Below are positions 35,921 to 48,760 of a stretch of DNA of 64,000 nucleotides, one piece after another. The position numbers and the translations under genes are program-made. Under the pieces are notes generated by a model, which was not told the origin of the DNA, searched no databases, and was given only the letters and a program-made list of their open reading frames with translations. Each line of letters begins with the position of its first letter. Positions within the stretch are counted from its first letter, which is position 1. The stretch is from Dicyema japonicum (Eukaryota > Animalia > Dicyemida): positions 62,001 through 126,000 of the forward strand of contig RDEW01000076.1 in NCBI GenBank assembly GCA_011109175.1. Reading direction: 5' to 3'.

Positions 35921-36620
35921 TTAATTTTACTGATTTTTCCCGCCATAATTTTATTTAAATTAAATATAATAAGTCTAAAGAAAACTGAGAAGTGGAGAAA
36001 ATTTCAACTATTTGGGGACGTAGAACATTACAAGGAAGCTGAAACGCCTTAGATAATTTGATTGCTCCTAACACCAGACGGATGAGCCTATCGCTATTAT
36101 GGTTTTACGTGTTACATAATAATAATTTACTGACTTCCTGTTCATCACATAAACTTACAATCATTAAAGACTACAGTTCGAACACAACATAATGTCAAAA
36201 TATAAACAATTCATCATATTGTAGGACACGTGCTCATTCGTTTAAAATAATGATTTGCACAAAGACAATACTGACAAAATGCATGTCCACATATTCTGCA
36301 GCGAATAATACGCCCATATTCATTGGCTGTTGATTTATGACTGCACAGGGACACAATACGAAGTCTTCCTTACCGACGACCTAGGAATTATAGTAATATT
36401 CTTTGTTACATAATTGCAACTGTTTTTCATCAAAGAGTAAGAAGTCGTATTAAGTGGGGACGTCTTATTTGGTATTTTCGGTGATGGCCTCACATTTTCC
36501 TTTAATTTCGATTATTTACTTACCTTATTTACTTGATTTAGTATATTATTCATTCAATTTCAATGTAACAAAGTATTCACAATTAATTTTACTGATTTTT
36601 CCCGCCATAAGTTTATTTAA
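35921..36620. repeat. Pair of ~38-bp direct repeats 662 bp apart
   Basis: TTAATTTTACTGATTTTTCCCGCCATAA is exact at 35921-35948 and 36583-36610. Confidence 0.85.
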
Positions 36621-37001
36621 TAAATTTTATTTTGGCGCACCACAATCAATAAATGTATAATATTGTATAATAGTTCTCAAATTATGAACTTAAATTAATC
36701 TAATTTATTAATAAAATAATTCTCATTTAAGTAATACTCTCATTAGTTAATTGCTCTTAAAATTAATGTTCGCGCAATTTACTCTTCAATTGCTTAATAG
36801 AATTCACTCAAGTTAATCCATAATAGATAATGTATTATATCATATTTGAGGACATTTTAATTACCCCCCAATTCGTTTGTGAAAAGAGCGAACTTTCGTT
36901 TTTTTCACTTCCACTATTTCCAGACAGTCTTGGATAGTTATAGCCACTTCTATGGTAGTTATGTCCCCGATAACTGGTTTTTTTTTGCGTTCTATAGCCA
37001 T

Positions 37002-37218
37002 CCATAAATAATAATTGTATATCAAGGTTAGTGCGCACTAGAAATGCCCCGATAACTAGTTTTTTGCGTTCTGATTGCTGTGTCTACCTTTGTCAAAAAA
37101 TTAGCATTGACTCCTCATTACTCAAGATTGTCAGTTTTTTCTCCGATGTAGTTTTTCAGAGTCAATAATCAGCGTTTTCTAGTGCGCAGTAACCTTGATA
37201 TACAATTATTATTTATGG
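37002..37218. mobile_element. Foldback/MITE-like element with 43-bp inverted repeats
   Basis: CCATAAATAATAATTGTATATCAAGGTTAGTGCGCACTAGAAA (37002-37044) versus its inverse at 37176-37218, 1 mismatch. Confidence 0.85.
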
Positions 37219-39371
37219 TACTCACTTAGTTATGGTTTAGGGATTATTCATCCATTTTCGATGATCATGAGGCTTAATTTTTTGTAATGGTGTTTCCTGT
37301 ATAATTTTTGTCATTTATTTTTAAAACATTATACTAATTCACTATTTTTGATGCATTTTGGATGATGAAATACACACAAAAAACAGATACAATTTTTGAA
37401 AATTTGAGTATTTATTCTTTATTGAAGATTACTCGAGAAAAATCGATATAATCACACTACTGGCCTAAGAAAATCAATGGAGTGTGACAAATTATGTAAG
37501 CACAGTTGACTTTGCATACAGCCTGTTAGCTACTGTGGGGGATTTATCTCAATCAGCACTAATTCAGCTATTTCACAGGGGGTTAATGCATACTCTGTTT
37601 AGCCAGTTTGACCATATTGATCAAACCATAAATTATTTGGAGACCCTGATTTAAACCTTATTCTAGTAAGAGACAGTGGGGATTGCCACGGACAAGGTAA
37701 TTTGAAGACGCTATGAAGACAATCTTCATTCGTGGTGGTCTCTGAGTCACGTAGAATCGAATTCCCGGTTTCTTTGACTACTCCTTTATCTATTCTTTAG
37801 ACCTCTCCAGAAGCGGAAACGGAAACGATCTGAGTATTTTTTCAGGCACCTACGTTTGGCAAGAATGCATTTGGGGAGACAGAATGATCTATCGATAGTA
37901 AATAGAAAAGGGAATCCATAACAACCAACCACCTTTACTGAGAATCTAGGATTCTTCCCATTCGAGATTTCTTTTATTGGTCAGTCTACAGTTCTTCGAA
38001 AAGTGCAATATGCATGATCGTCCACCACATACTCTGGAACTCATCCAATATCAGAAAATTGCTCTGACCCTATCAGATAAAGCCCAGATCCTCCACTCAA
38101 CGGTATCTAATATCGATTCTTCTAGGCTTAGGCCAATACATGATCGGATTGACAAGAATGCCATCAAAAGCCTATGCTGTGACAACTTCTCGGGCATCCA
38201 CTGCTAAATATCGATGGAAGTGAAACTACTTTATCTCAGTTCGAGTCAATCCGGTATGTCTCCACTGTAGACATTAACACGCCTTAGTGGCTACAGGAGA
38301 AAAACTAGACAACGACAGGACTTCAATGATGGCATAATGGAGGATGTACCAGCAAACTCATCCTTGGCTCCTTCTACCTTAATCTATCAACAATTATTTA
38401 ATTAATAGGTCCTCTCCAACATAATTGACTTAGTGTTCCCACTCAGGATGGAAACGGCTTCAATTGGAGAAGCCACTGGGTTTCGTTGACGTCACGGCTT
38501 TTGAGTGTAACCAGACGTCTCAGGTTGAGAAAATGCTTTTATTTCCCGCTTATTCCTCAAGTTGTCTCAACCACAACAGTCTGTAACGTGTAACCTTCGT
38601 ACTCCTACCTTAATTAGAATCTAATTAATTTGTAATAAAGTCGATGCTCATAATTCTGTCTCAACAACATAGAACATTACTGTGACCTCACATAAGTGAG
38701 GCTTTTTCAAAACCATAATACTCTAAAATGTGAAAATATTTGAAAAACAAGACATTTGGGAACATATACGATATGCACGATCCCACGTGGTAGGAAGATA
38801 GACATGTATTCTTGGAAGGGCAACCAAAGGTGATTTCAAACCATCTTGTTATAATTATGATTACTGACAGCACTACATGTTGGGTCATTGGTTGGTTCCA
38901 ATGATTCTTGTCATGGAATTAAAAGAGTATGTGAAGGTGACCCTTTACTTTGTTGCAATTTGGTGGGAGAAAAACTGAGACCTTCATTGAATTACAAGGC
39001 TCAGCGATGAGAAGGGTTCTAATCTTGAGAATCACAGAGTTTGTATGTCTCTTCTAAGAACTGGATGACTGCCAATCTTTAAATGCATGGAAAGAGCTAG
39101 TTGTCATAAATGTCCGACTATGTTGTCTTGAAAAAAAACCACACTAATTCAACCAATTCAAGAAGAGTTTGGAATTCTAAAATGAAGCTAGATAAATCAG
39201 AGGAACTAAATGCCCTCCGACAACATCACATTCTCAAGTGGAACACGGAGACGCCTTTTTTGTCAACAATAATATCAATCAGGTATTTCTTCCCCCGTAT
39301 TCTCAGTGCTTAAATCCAAAGTATAGTATAGACCAAATAATCGAAAAAGATTAAGATAGTTTTTTAACATA

Positions 39372-39576
39372 AAATAAATTTATTGAACCAAAAAAACACC
39401 ACCATAGCCAGAATGAAAAAAAATCAGGTGATCACGGCCTTCCTCAGCAGTCTTCGCATGCTCGGACTTGAAGAAAGTGCCGTCAGAGGAACTCCTCTAG
39501 ATGGTTGTTGACTAATGGTCCTTTTTGGATATAATTTAGGATTATATCTGACGCCACCAGAGATGGTGAACCGCAT
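39372..39576 (-). repeat. Dispersed ~200-bp repeat (LINE-like 3' end), copy 1
   Basis: Colinear similarity to 53283-53480; ends RRLLRKAVIT*. Confidence 0.75.
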
Positions 39577-39994
39577 GATTGTTTAATAAATTAAATAATG
39601 CTACACCTCACTCTTGCTTGATCTTTTAATACATACTCTCCGGAAGTAGAAAGCTTTGGCACCTCTTGCCCTCGGCTAATCTATAAGTTTAAGATAACTG
39701 TCGATTCCCACACAGCTACTTTCCTGGTGGAGAGAATCTGTTCTCGTCTGTGTCTTACGTAAAGTGAAATGCGCTATATGAACTAATAATAATACTGCAC
39801 TTTACGCAGAGCCATATTAGCTATAGCTCCTCCAAGGCAGGGCATACACTTTATTTTAATACAGTATTTTAACTACTCGTAGAGGGAGAACCAAGGAATG
39901 CATTAGTAATAGAAATTAAGATAAAGAGAAACATCCGTATCATTAGAACCGTAACCTTAATTAGCCAATCAAATTAAAACAAATTATATTTTTA

Positions 39995-40171
39995 CAGTAA
40001 AACCTCCAAAATCCGATTTGCCAAAATAATCGAGAATAACAGCGCCGTTTGCTGTCTATTTTATTTTGATCGAAAAATTTTTATAATTGGAATTATTTTT
40101 ATTAAAAAATTTAAAAGTTTCTTTAGGATTCTAAGAGTTTCTTAATTTTTGTTTTTTGTGAGGTTTTAGAG
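39995..40171. mobile_element. Possible Tigger-like MITE
   Basis: TA|CAGTAAAACCTC at 39995 and a degenerate inverse GAGGTTTTAGAG|TA at 40160-40173. Confidence 0.3.
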
Positions 40172-40497
40172 TACTCAGTGACATAGGAGTAGATCTATTA
40201 AGAATGTAGACCTGGTTCCAATAATCCGAACTATCCATGCGTGATCTTCGAGTGTCCCAACTTTTGAATGATATAGCCTCCGTGAATGTCTACAAAAACT
40301 CAATTGGGTGTATATGACCTGAATGAGCAATCGCATCCCCCAATGGTTTCCTGGGTCTTTGCAGAAAGCCAGGAAATTCTTCGTCTAGTTGAGTTTATTA
40401 GAGAAAAAAGCCACCAACCTCCTTTCAAACAGGTTTTAACTCCCAAAAGATTAACAAAGACCCCACTGGGAAAAAATAATTAAATAATTCATGTAAA

Positions 40498-42500
40498 TTA
40501 AATTTTCATTAACGACTGAGCCACTGATCGAGCGTCTAGCTTTCTAAGATCCTTATAGGTCTGTCCAGTCCCAACAAAAAGAATTGGTTGTCCAGTCACA
40601 TAGGTCATTGAAAGAGCAGCACCAACCTGGCCATTAGACAACTAGTAAACCTGGTCATCGACAGTATCGAATTTTGTAAGGAAAATTGCGTCAATATTCC
40701 TCACTTTGTCGCTATTAGAAAAGCTCTGAAGTGACTTGTTGAACTTGACTAACTGATCCACCCCGTCATTCCCCACGAGTGCTTCACCCACGAAAAGAAT
40801 TAGATCCGGCTGATTATAATGGACCAACTACAAGTCAGAAACCAAAAAACCTTTGATAGTGCCTTCATGAGGGGGTCATTGTTCTGCATCCTTCCAGCAG
40901 TATCAATCAATACAACATCGAACTTGGAATTTCTCGCTGTTTGAATGAAAAGCACATCATACCCTCAGATATCGAGGCACTCGCTATCCCATCCGCGTCC
41001 CGACCATATCCCCTCTCGAAAATAGCCACACAGTCCTCCTTGACTCCTCTCCCAAAATCCCTTGGTGGATACAACGAGGACATCCTCCTATAGTGAGTCT
41101 TCAACTGCTCGACAGCTCCAGCTCGGAAAGTATCACATGCGCCAATCATAACTCTGTAGCCATTCTCAATCAGCCAGAAAGCGACCTAACACATCAAAGT
41201 CAGCACGTGTTACCTTTGACAGACTAGTAGACTTCCCAACACCATTAACACCACAAAACACGATCGAATAGGGGGACATATTCTCCACTTTCTTCTTGTA
41301 TATATCCCTCAGCACGTCGATGTGTCGATTCGGAGTTAGAATTTGAACACACGACTCATACAGAGCGTCCCTCATCGTCCTCTTCATCGCTAGCATAAAG
41401 GACATCTCAACTTGTAAAAGTCGACAGCCTTTTCCCTACCAATTTTGAGGTAACCGAAGCACAAATCCTATCGCAGACGTCGAGGGCCACATTCTTCTCT
41501 AAAATAGGACTTTATAGTTACTCATCAAATGGATTTTCATTTCCTTCGAGACAATCTCCAAGTCAGTCTCCGTAATAGATCTCCCCTCAAAAACAGACTT
41601 GGAGGCGTTGTAAATCCTCGTAAATATGGAATTCGAGTTTACTGAATTCTCCTCCTCTTCACTGTTGCATAAAACAAAGATATACTCTTCATCACCAGAA
41701 GAGAATTCAAGAGCAGCCAGATCTCCCTTCATTTGGCCGATCTCGAAGACATCATATGCACTGTTGGTCTCTGTTGTCTCTGGTTCATTGCTGTAGTCGA
41801 GGACAACGTCAGTAATGTCCCCACGGAGGTCATCCCAGGTTCTTTTAGATTTCTTCTTGGTTTCGGGATGTGAATTTTTCACAGATGTATCTTTTTTCTT
41901 GGGAACCTTTGACATCTTGGTTCCGTTCTTCAAATCATTATGTCCTTGACTGGGAGGAACCGACGGCTTCAAAGAAGCAAGCGTCTTTTGGGACTTTCCT
42001 GATTCTTCAAATGTTCTCATCTTCCTGGGAATGAGTCAAAATGAAACCTCGGGATGTTGAGAGAAGATTTGAACTCTTCCTCCCTGTTTTTTAGGAGCTG
42101 CTGAAAAATTTTGCGGAAGGAGTTGAAATTGAGGGTCCAATATTTATCCGCCAAAATCTCAGTCTTATATTGCTCGGAAAAACGTAGTTTCACATCGTCT
42201 AAGAGAAGGTCCACGTAAGGGAGGTTCAGAAAGTTCTTGTAACCAGCCTAAATAATCAATAAGATATGTGCAACTGTATGAATTATATTGAGTTCGTTGT
42301 CTATGCGGTATTTAAAAAGGTGGGAATCTTGTTCGAAGATTGGGTGACCAGCTCTCTCCTGGTAATTAAACTTAAATAAATACGTCAATTATAGCACTCT
42401 TTATCATTTTATTGAGAGAATTTTCATACTTGTCGTAGTTGTTGTTGATACAAAGTAAAACTATCCCACCTTTTGTGAATATTGAAAACAAGTCCAACAT
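40498..42500 (-). CDS. SRPRA: Signal recognition particle receptor subunit alpha
   Basis: [15 protein letters not shown] (SRX domain); [59 protein letters not shown]. Introns 22-28 nt restore the frame. Confidence 0.95.
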
Positions 42501-43854
42501 AATAAATAATCGTGTTTAAAATTTAAATAATAAATTTATATTTTAAATCCATATTTTTAATAATATACTTCTCACAATGTTTGGTTCCTCCGGTCTCCAT
42601 CTCGAAGCACACAATTTTGATTGTGTCATTGAAGCAGGAGGTAGTCTCTGAGGATGGGCGAGGCTACAGGAAAATATAGTAGAAAACTCGTATTAATAGG
42701 AACGGTTTAGCTCTAAGTAATGTACATTCAATCAGCAAGGATTTACATTCAATCAGTCGCATAGAAGAAAACTCTTGAAAGTGTGGTGGTTAAGCACAAC
42801 CACGAGATTAAGGCAAAGATTTTATCTCTGCTTTAAGCCAACTTGTGGGACTTTTTTGTTTTAACCTTTTTGAGATGAGGAATTTTTATATCAATATATA
42901 GATATAGGTTGAATAAAAAAGTAAGTGATGCGGAGAAAAGTATAAAAATAAGTTGGTGGTAAACTCTTCTAAGAGGAGAGTGATTGCAGTGACAGTTAAC
43001 TAGATTAAATTGCTAATTAAATTTAAAAAATTTTTGACCACATGGCGACATGTGGTGCTATGTGGCTAGTTTGTCATAAATTATTTTCCTCCCTACCGAT
43101 AACGTCATTGGTTCCACCTTACTGAAGAGACGCCAAATGTCTGGCCAGCATCAAGAGGATCCACTACTCTTTCCTCGGGGACAATGTCGTTACCTGGAGA
43201 CAAGTTCTGGAACGCTGGAACGAGTCAGAAGAATTAGTTAGTTTGGTTACCCTTGGTCTTTGGAATAAATTTAATTTTAAGATTAAATTGTGTTTTCAGT
43301 TAAAATATTGATTGTACTGAAATTATCATTTTTTTAGATTTTCTAAAAATATCAAAATTTACATTTTCCAGAAATACTAACTTTGATGTTGCATGTAATC
43401 TATCATGTGGATTAAGATTTGCTTAAATGTCAACTATAATTGATGTGTTGCACTAAAATTTTCGGACTAAACTTTCCAAGTCAATGAACAAGCATATCAA
43501 GTAAGGTCACTATTAGAGTCGAGTCCTGGTTGTACAAAGCAAGCAAAAAATTCCGAATTTTTCTTCCATGAATGATATTATCAGGTAAATTTTACTCTAA
43601 TTTTCCTTAGGGGAGCAATTCGAAGGTGCTAATCTCAGGAGACCTGAATTTCAGTAATTTATTTCCCCAGGGGTTGTATGCCAAGGTGGCACAAAATTAT
43701 GAATTCTCTAAGAGTGGAGAAGACAAAACCTGAATTGGAAAGTTGAGTGGAAATTGCATTGAGTCATCCTCTGTGGAATCTTCATTAACACTGAGGGAAG
43801 AGGGATTATTAGTTTTAATGTTTATTGGAGAAAGAAGGTGGTGAAACCAATTAA

Positions 43855-44650
43855 TTAGGTGATCCATAAGACAGTTGCAATAAAACTCTGTTCTTCCTAC
43901 AAAGTTGCCGCCACTATCTTTTACACCACCCCGTTATTTTTTAATAAGATTTGTGAAGATGTGGACCTCTTGTACTTTCTGGACTTTACTTCCTAAATCA
44001 GTCTGCCTGGTCGTTACAGATTCTGAGAAAACTGGTTATACTTTTTTGATTGCAGAGTCGTTCATGATTGGAGGGAAGGTAAAGGCGTCCGACTATGCGA
44101 ACCACACTATTTACGAACAGTGGAGCTAGTCATAGTGGAGGCAAAAAGGCCAAAAGTCCGCACGAACGTAGTCGATCGTCGATTCCGAAAAAATGGTTGT
44201 AAGGTATAATCAGGAGGTGGTTAATATTGCCTTTATCGACTCCATCGTAGGTGACAAAAACATCTGAGTATACCAGCAGTATTGAGTTGCTACCTCGAGG
44301 CATGTCGTTTAAAATAAATGGGAGAACTGATAAATGCGGATATTTTTGAGGAAGGTCATTAAAAACTTAAGTTCTACGTGAATATTACTCATATGGCCTA
44401 TTCCAAAGACCTACACCATCACATGACCCCCAAATAAAGGTCAAGCGTCTAGAGAAAATACTTTTTGAGACAACAAAACTATGAAGAACTCGTTGTTTCG
44501 AGGATCAGATATTTTCTCCATTCCCCAACTAAAACATCGAGGATCATCTGCAATTGAGTCAATAACCCAAATCTTCAATTTATGGGTCAACGTATACAAA
44601 ATCCCGTCGCAATGGAAGAAATCCATGATTTACACTTTTTGATAAAAAAC
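43855..44650 (-). mobile_element. LINE remnant (APE C-terminus and 3' end)
   Basis: STIDYV motif near 44170; terminus ..WIT* at 43855. Confidence 0.35.
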
Positions 44651-45374
44651 ACTGATTCAGTCTTCGATAAGGCGTCTGACTTGGTTTCTCTGAATATTCT
44701 ACATCATCTCAAGTCGTAGAACCTGAGGACAAGTGATATTAAATAATAAAAATGTCAAAAATCTCGATACGTTCCATATGGAGCACCACAAAGATTCCCG
44801 TTATCCCCAACATTGTTCAGACGACCTAATATTTGCAAAAAGACATCGCCTAAGGAAACGACGCAGACAGTGCAAACGACATTAAACTTGCCGAGTCTTT
44901 GGTTTTGGAAAAAAACACACTTCAGGAAAATCACGTGTACTAATGTTCATCTCCTCACTAAAAGAGAAGAGATAATAACAGAAATCAATTTGCATGACTC
45001 CCAGAGGAGGGGGGTCATCCTCATTCCAACCAACTTGCTATCACCCACTCTAATTATAGACAGAGAAAATTGGATGTGATCAGAACTGACACCTGAAAAT
45101 CTTGTGACGATCGAAACTGACCTTGTTGTTTTAGCCGGAATCGATTATATCTGTAATCCTCCCCAAGATATGAAAAAATCTCATTTATGGAGATAAATTC
45201 AAAATTCCAAGACAAACCGTTGGAGTAACAGGTCTTGTTTAAATAGTGACCGCCACTTTCCTGCGACAAAATCAATATATGGTATTTTTTAGTTAAAACG
45301 TAAATATTTAATTTTTTTCCTACGAATAAATTGAAAATTTAACAATAAATATTTAAATTTTTATAATTAATATA

Positions 45375-46068
45375 ATGTCCCTAAAAAATACGCCGCTATT
45401 ACCATTACTATTCAACCTGTTTACGGCTGACATTCCGACGCCGAATGGAGAAGACGACCTGCTTCTGGCTTTTGCAGACGATATCGTCTTAGCCTCACTG
45501 GATCAGAACACCAAAACAGCGACGGAAAGAATACAACACCACATAGATCGACTACTCAAGTGGTTTAGTGAAAATCGGATGTCAATCAATACCGAAAAAT
45601 CTGTTACAACTCTCTATACCTCGGACATAAGATTGTAGAACAGGAAAATAGAAGTTACTGCGGAGGGAAGAGAATCAAATGGCAAAAAATATTGGGTCTG
45701 ACTTTCGAACCTTCTGAAATGCCTAACAGGTCTATGGAAAATTGGACATCACCCTATACTTAAAACGCTCTACTCACAGTACATCGAACCATGCATTTCA
45801 TATGCGTGTACTTCATAGGGACCACTGGCATCTTATACGAACATCCAGAAAATCTCCGCAACCCAGAAAAGGGCCTTCAAACTAACCGAGAGATGGTACA
45901 CAGGGGAAAACATTATATCACCGACGCCCATGGAGAAACTAATCTAAAAATACAAGAATGGACACCAATGCCAAAAAGAAAGTGCTCGTCCGCAACTTAC
46001 TTGTGTAGGCTTTTGATCAACACCGAGAAAAGATGAGAGCCTTGATCTAATTCATCGGGATCACTTAG
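45375..46068 (+). mobile_element. Jockey/I-like LINE remnant
   Basis: LLFNLFTADIP...LAFADDIVL...WFSENRMSINTEKS; ends IGIT*. Confidence 0.75.
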
Positions 46069-47265
46069 TTTAGTTTTTTCAATTTAACAGTGGTCTTTGG
46101 AATTGATTTAATTTAATAATTTGTTGTTGGGGCCTAAAATTCCATATTCCCACTAATATTGCGTTGAATTTGTGGCTAGGGTTCGAGCTGGTTTATGGTT
46201 ATAATTAGGATTCGACTTAAGTTCGGATTAGAGTTCGGGAGAAATAACTGTTTAGACGGTCTCGTTTGGTTCCCATATGCTATTTAGCACTACCCCACAT
46301 AAAGTGCCGAGGAACTTTGCATGGACTATAACTCTATCCCATTTACTGTTGTTTATCAGAAGAACTATCGGATGCAACACTAAATGCCAATCCACAATCT
46401 ACCGCAGTTTATCCAGCTAATACTGACTTACGAAAGTCATATTGGATAATGGCCATTTCACGTCCTTCCCTACATAAGGTATCCATAATCCAAGAAGTAG
46501 CCACGGTCACCTATCCTAATAATATACCTAGCCTTCCAAACAGTTTTCTCCACAAAATCTTTCTCAGATACCTTAAAAATTTCAAAATTTGAGCTATGTC
46601 CAACGAGAAAAGCATTGTTCCCGTAGAGCAGCGTTTCTATGAAAATCTTTTTATTCCAGTGGTAGTTATCTTTATTAGGGAGTCCCTGAAATTTAAGCCC
46701 AAAAGTTAATCCTCCATAGTTGAGTTAATTTACCTCATCAACTGGTGGGGATCATTGAATAGAAATAAGACCTGGTAAATGTAGGTATTGTTTCCAGAGA
46801 TCGGTCAACTTGAAAAGGTTGCGAGAAAAACGAGGACATCTTTCACATCATCCAATTTATATTCATATGCTGGTAAAGAGATGTAAAGTAGACAAATCAG
46901 GTTTACGTGGACGTTCCTCAGAAAGAAAGGAATTTGATTGGCGGAAAGGGGCCGGCGTAGATTTTATTATAAACGAGTCTTCGGATGACTCTTGTGGAAA
47001 CAAAATCAAGTATCAGTTTCAAACAACCTCAGTCTTGAGGACAGGATGGCATAAAGGATAGCATTCAAGACTGGTCACAGACTGTCATAATGATTTTTTT
47101 GTTTAGGTTTTTGCAAAGATAGACAGAGATGTTGTGGATTGTAGGTATGGGAGAGGAATGGCTAATGTAACCAAACAAATTACGATTGTGATTCTCAAAA
47201 TCTTAATTAAATTAAAAATTTAATCACTTTGATAAATATTTTTTTAATTTAAATAATTAATCATT

Positions 47266-47789
47266 ATGGTCGTTCAAGATATGCCCCCATCTGGGGGTTT
47301 CCAAAAAATAGAGTACAGAAAGATTGGGGGTTGGAAGCCATGGAACAGTATGATTCAACATATATTAATAGATTTGCGGATATTATCATCATATATAGCA
47401 TTCACTACAGCGTCATGGTGGTATTTTGCCCACTACCGCATCCGAGACAGGTTAATACTACAAATAAAGTCACAGACGCCGTCGTATAACCAATTCTGAC
47501 ACCATGATAGCTTTGGAGCCAATACTGACTGCAGAAAGGCAGAGAAAGTGATGTGAATATTAATCATAGCTATGTAATCCAACTAAAGAAGAATTTACTG
47601 CTCGAAGAGAGCATAATGAGTGATGTTGATGGATGGGTTGTAGGTACTTACTACAATGAACCGGTCTACAACAATTTGGGTGATCATTGGGTGGATCCTT
47701 CTATTGAGGAGTACTACGCACATACTTCTCAAAGACATTTAAACAAGAGACTTAGATTCAAAAACACTAATATTACTCCTCTCTTTTAA
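47266..47789 (+). CDS. NDUFA13: NADH dehydrogenase 1 alpha subcomplex subunit 13 (GRIM-19)
   Basis: VQDMPPSGGFQKIEY...RRRR...IALEPILTAERQR...LLLEESIMSDVDGWVVG. Introns 47348-47371, 47451-47475 (alternative acceptor 47469) and 47548-47569. Confidence 0.9.
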
Positions 47790-48760
47790 CTAACAAACTC
47801 AACAATACTTCTTAACCTTTTTAGAGATGAGGAATTTGTATAACCCCCAAATTCATTCTTTAATAACCCCCGTATATAATCTAGTTCCCCGACCCAAGTG
47901 GACTCACATCCAAGTATCTTCTGTTATGAGAACCTCCCTATTTGGCTTCTCTTGAGTTATAAATCTAATGACGTCTCTGGTAGTTGAAGAGGACAAAAAG
48001 CAATCTTCGACAAAGAAGGTAGTCGACCTCAGTAAATTGACACACGTAGACATAACTGATCACTATGCTGACTGGTCAATATTCATTTGTCCACCGTGAT
48101 TATGGAGCACAGTGGACTTTTCGCCTTTCTTCTCTCTCCTTGTATTTTATAGGGATTGGAATTTCTAGGATGAATTTGTACTCAAAGTATTACATTAACT
48201 TAGTTTCGTTCATAACAATACATTGTAGTATCTTTTTCAAGACTATGTGCCTTGTTGCAGTACAATATTGTGTCACATGGGCCAAGCGATACCTATGGGC
48301 TGCCTGTTACATTAACCTTGAACCATGATTAACTTCAATTAATTTTATAAATGATTTATTAACCACAAAAAATTAAATTTAAGTAACTTTTTTAGTCTAC
48401 TCATTAATACAGTCGATATTTCTCCTTTAGAACTTTTTTATCTATCAAATTATACTATTTAAAACTACCTCCACGCGATTATTCGATAAAATATTAATTA
48501 TTTCTGCAACTGGATAATACTGAGACTCAAACTTATCCAGTCGCAATGTATTTTGTTCCAAAGTCCTTTTTAGCCCGAACCTATTTATTAATGTTTTTAA
48601 TTCATACTTTATCTCCCATGTTAAAAGTATATTTAATATTATGAACATTCATTTTCCTATTCATAGCTTTGTAATAATTAGAATTTTCTTCAATCCATTT
48701 AATTTCGAAATTGAATCTCTTCGCATTCGGACACAAATTATCTGACTTATCTAGATATTA

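Noticed and set aside
39424-39576. 50-codon small ORF (MRFTISGG...KAVIT*) with a paralog at 53332-53480, as a novel peptide family
   Set aside because: The paralog is frameshifted, the terminus matches the LINE ..GIT* end, and another frame gives an NHL motif like the LINE zinc knuckle. A LINE 3' end is the simpler explanation.
46800-47100. Merlin-like N-terminal zinc region on the plus strand
   Set aside because: Only a weak SVLRTG motif; no catalytic motifs or termini.
47451-47469. 19-nt intron in NDUFA13
   Set aside because: An in-frame CAG acceptor at 47475 gives a 25-nt intron and a better length match to GRIM-19 homologs.
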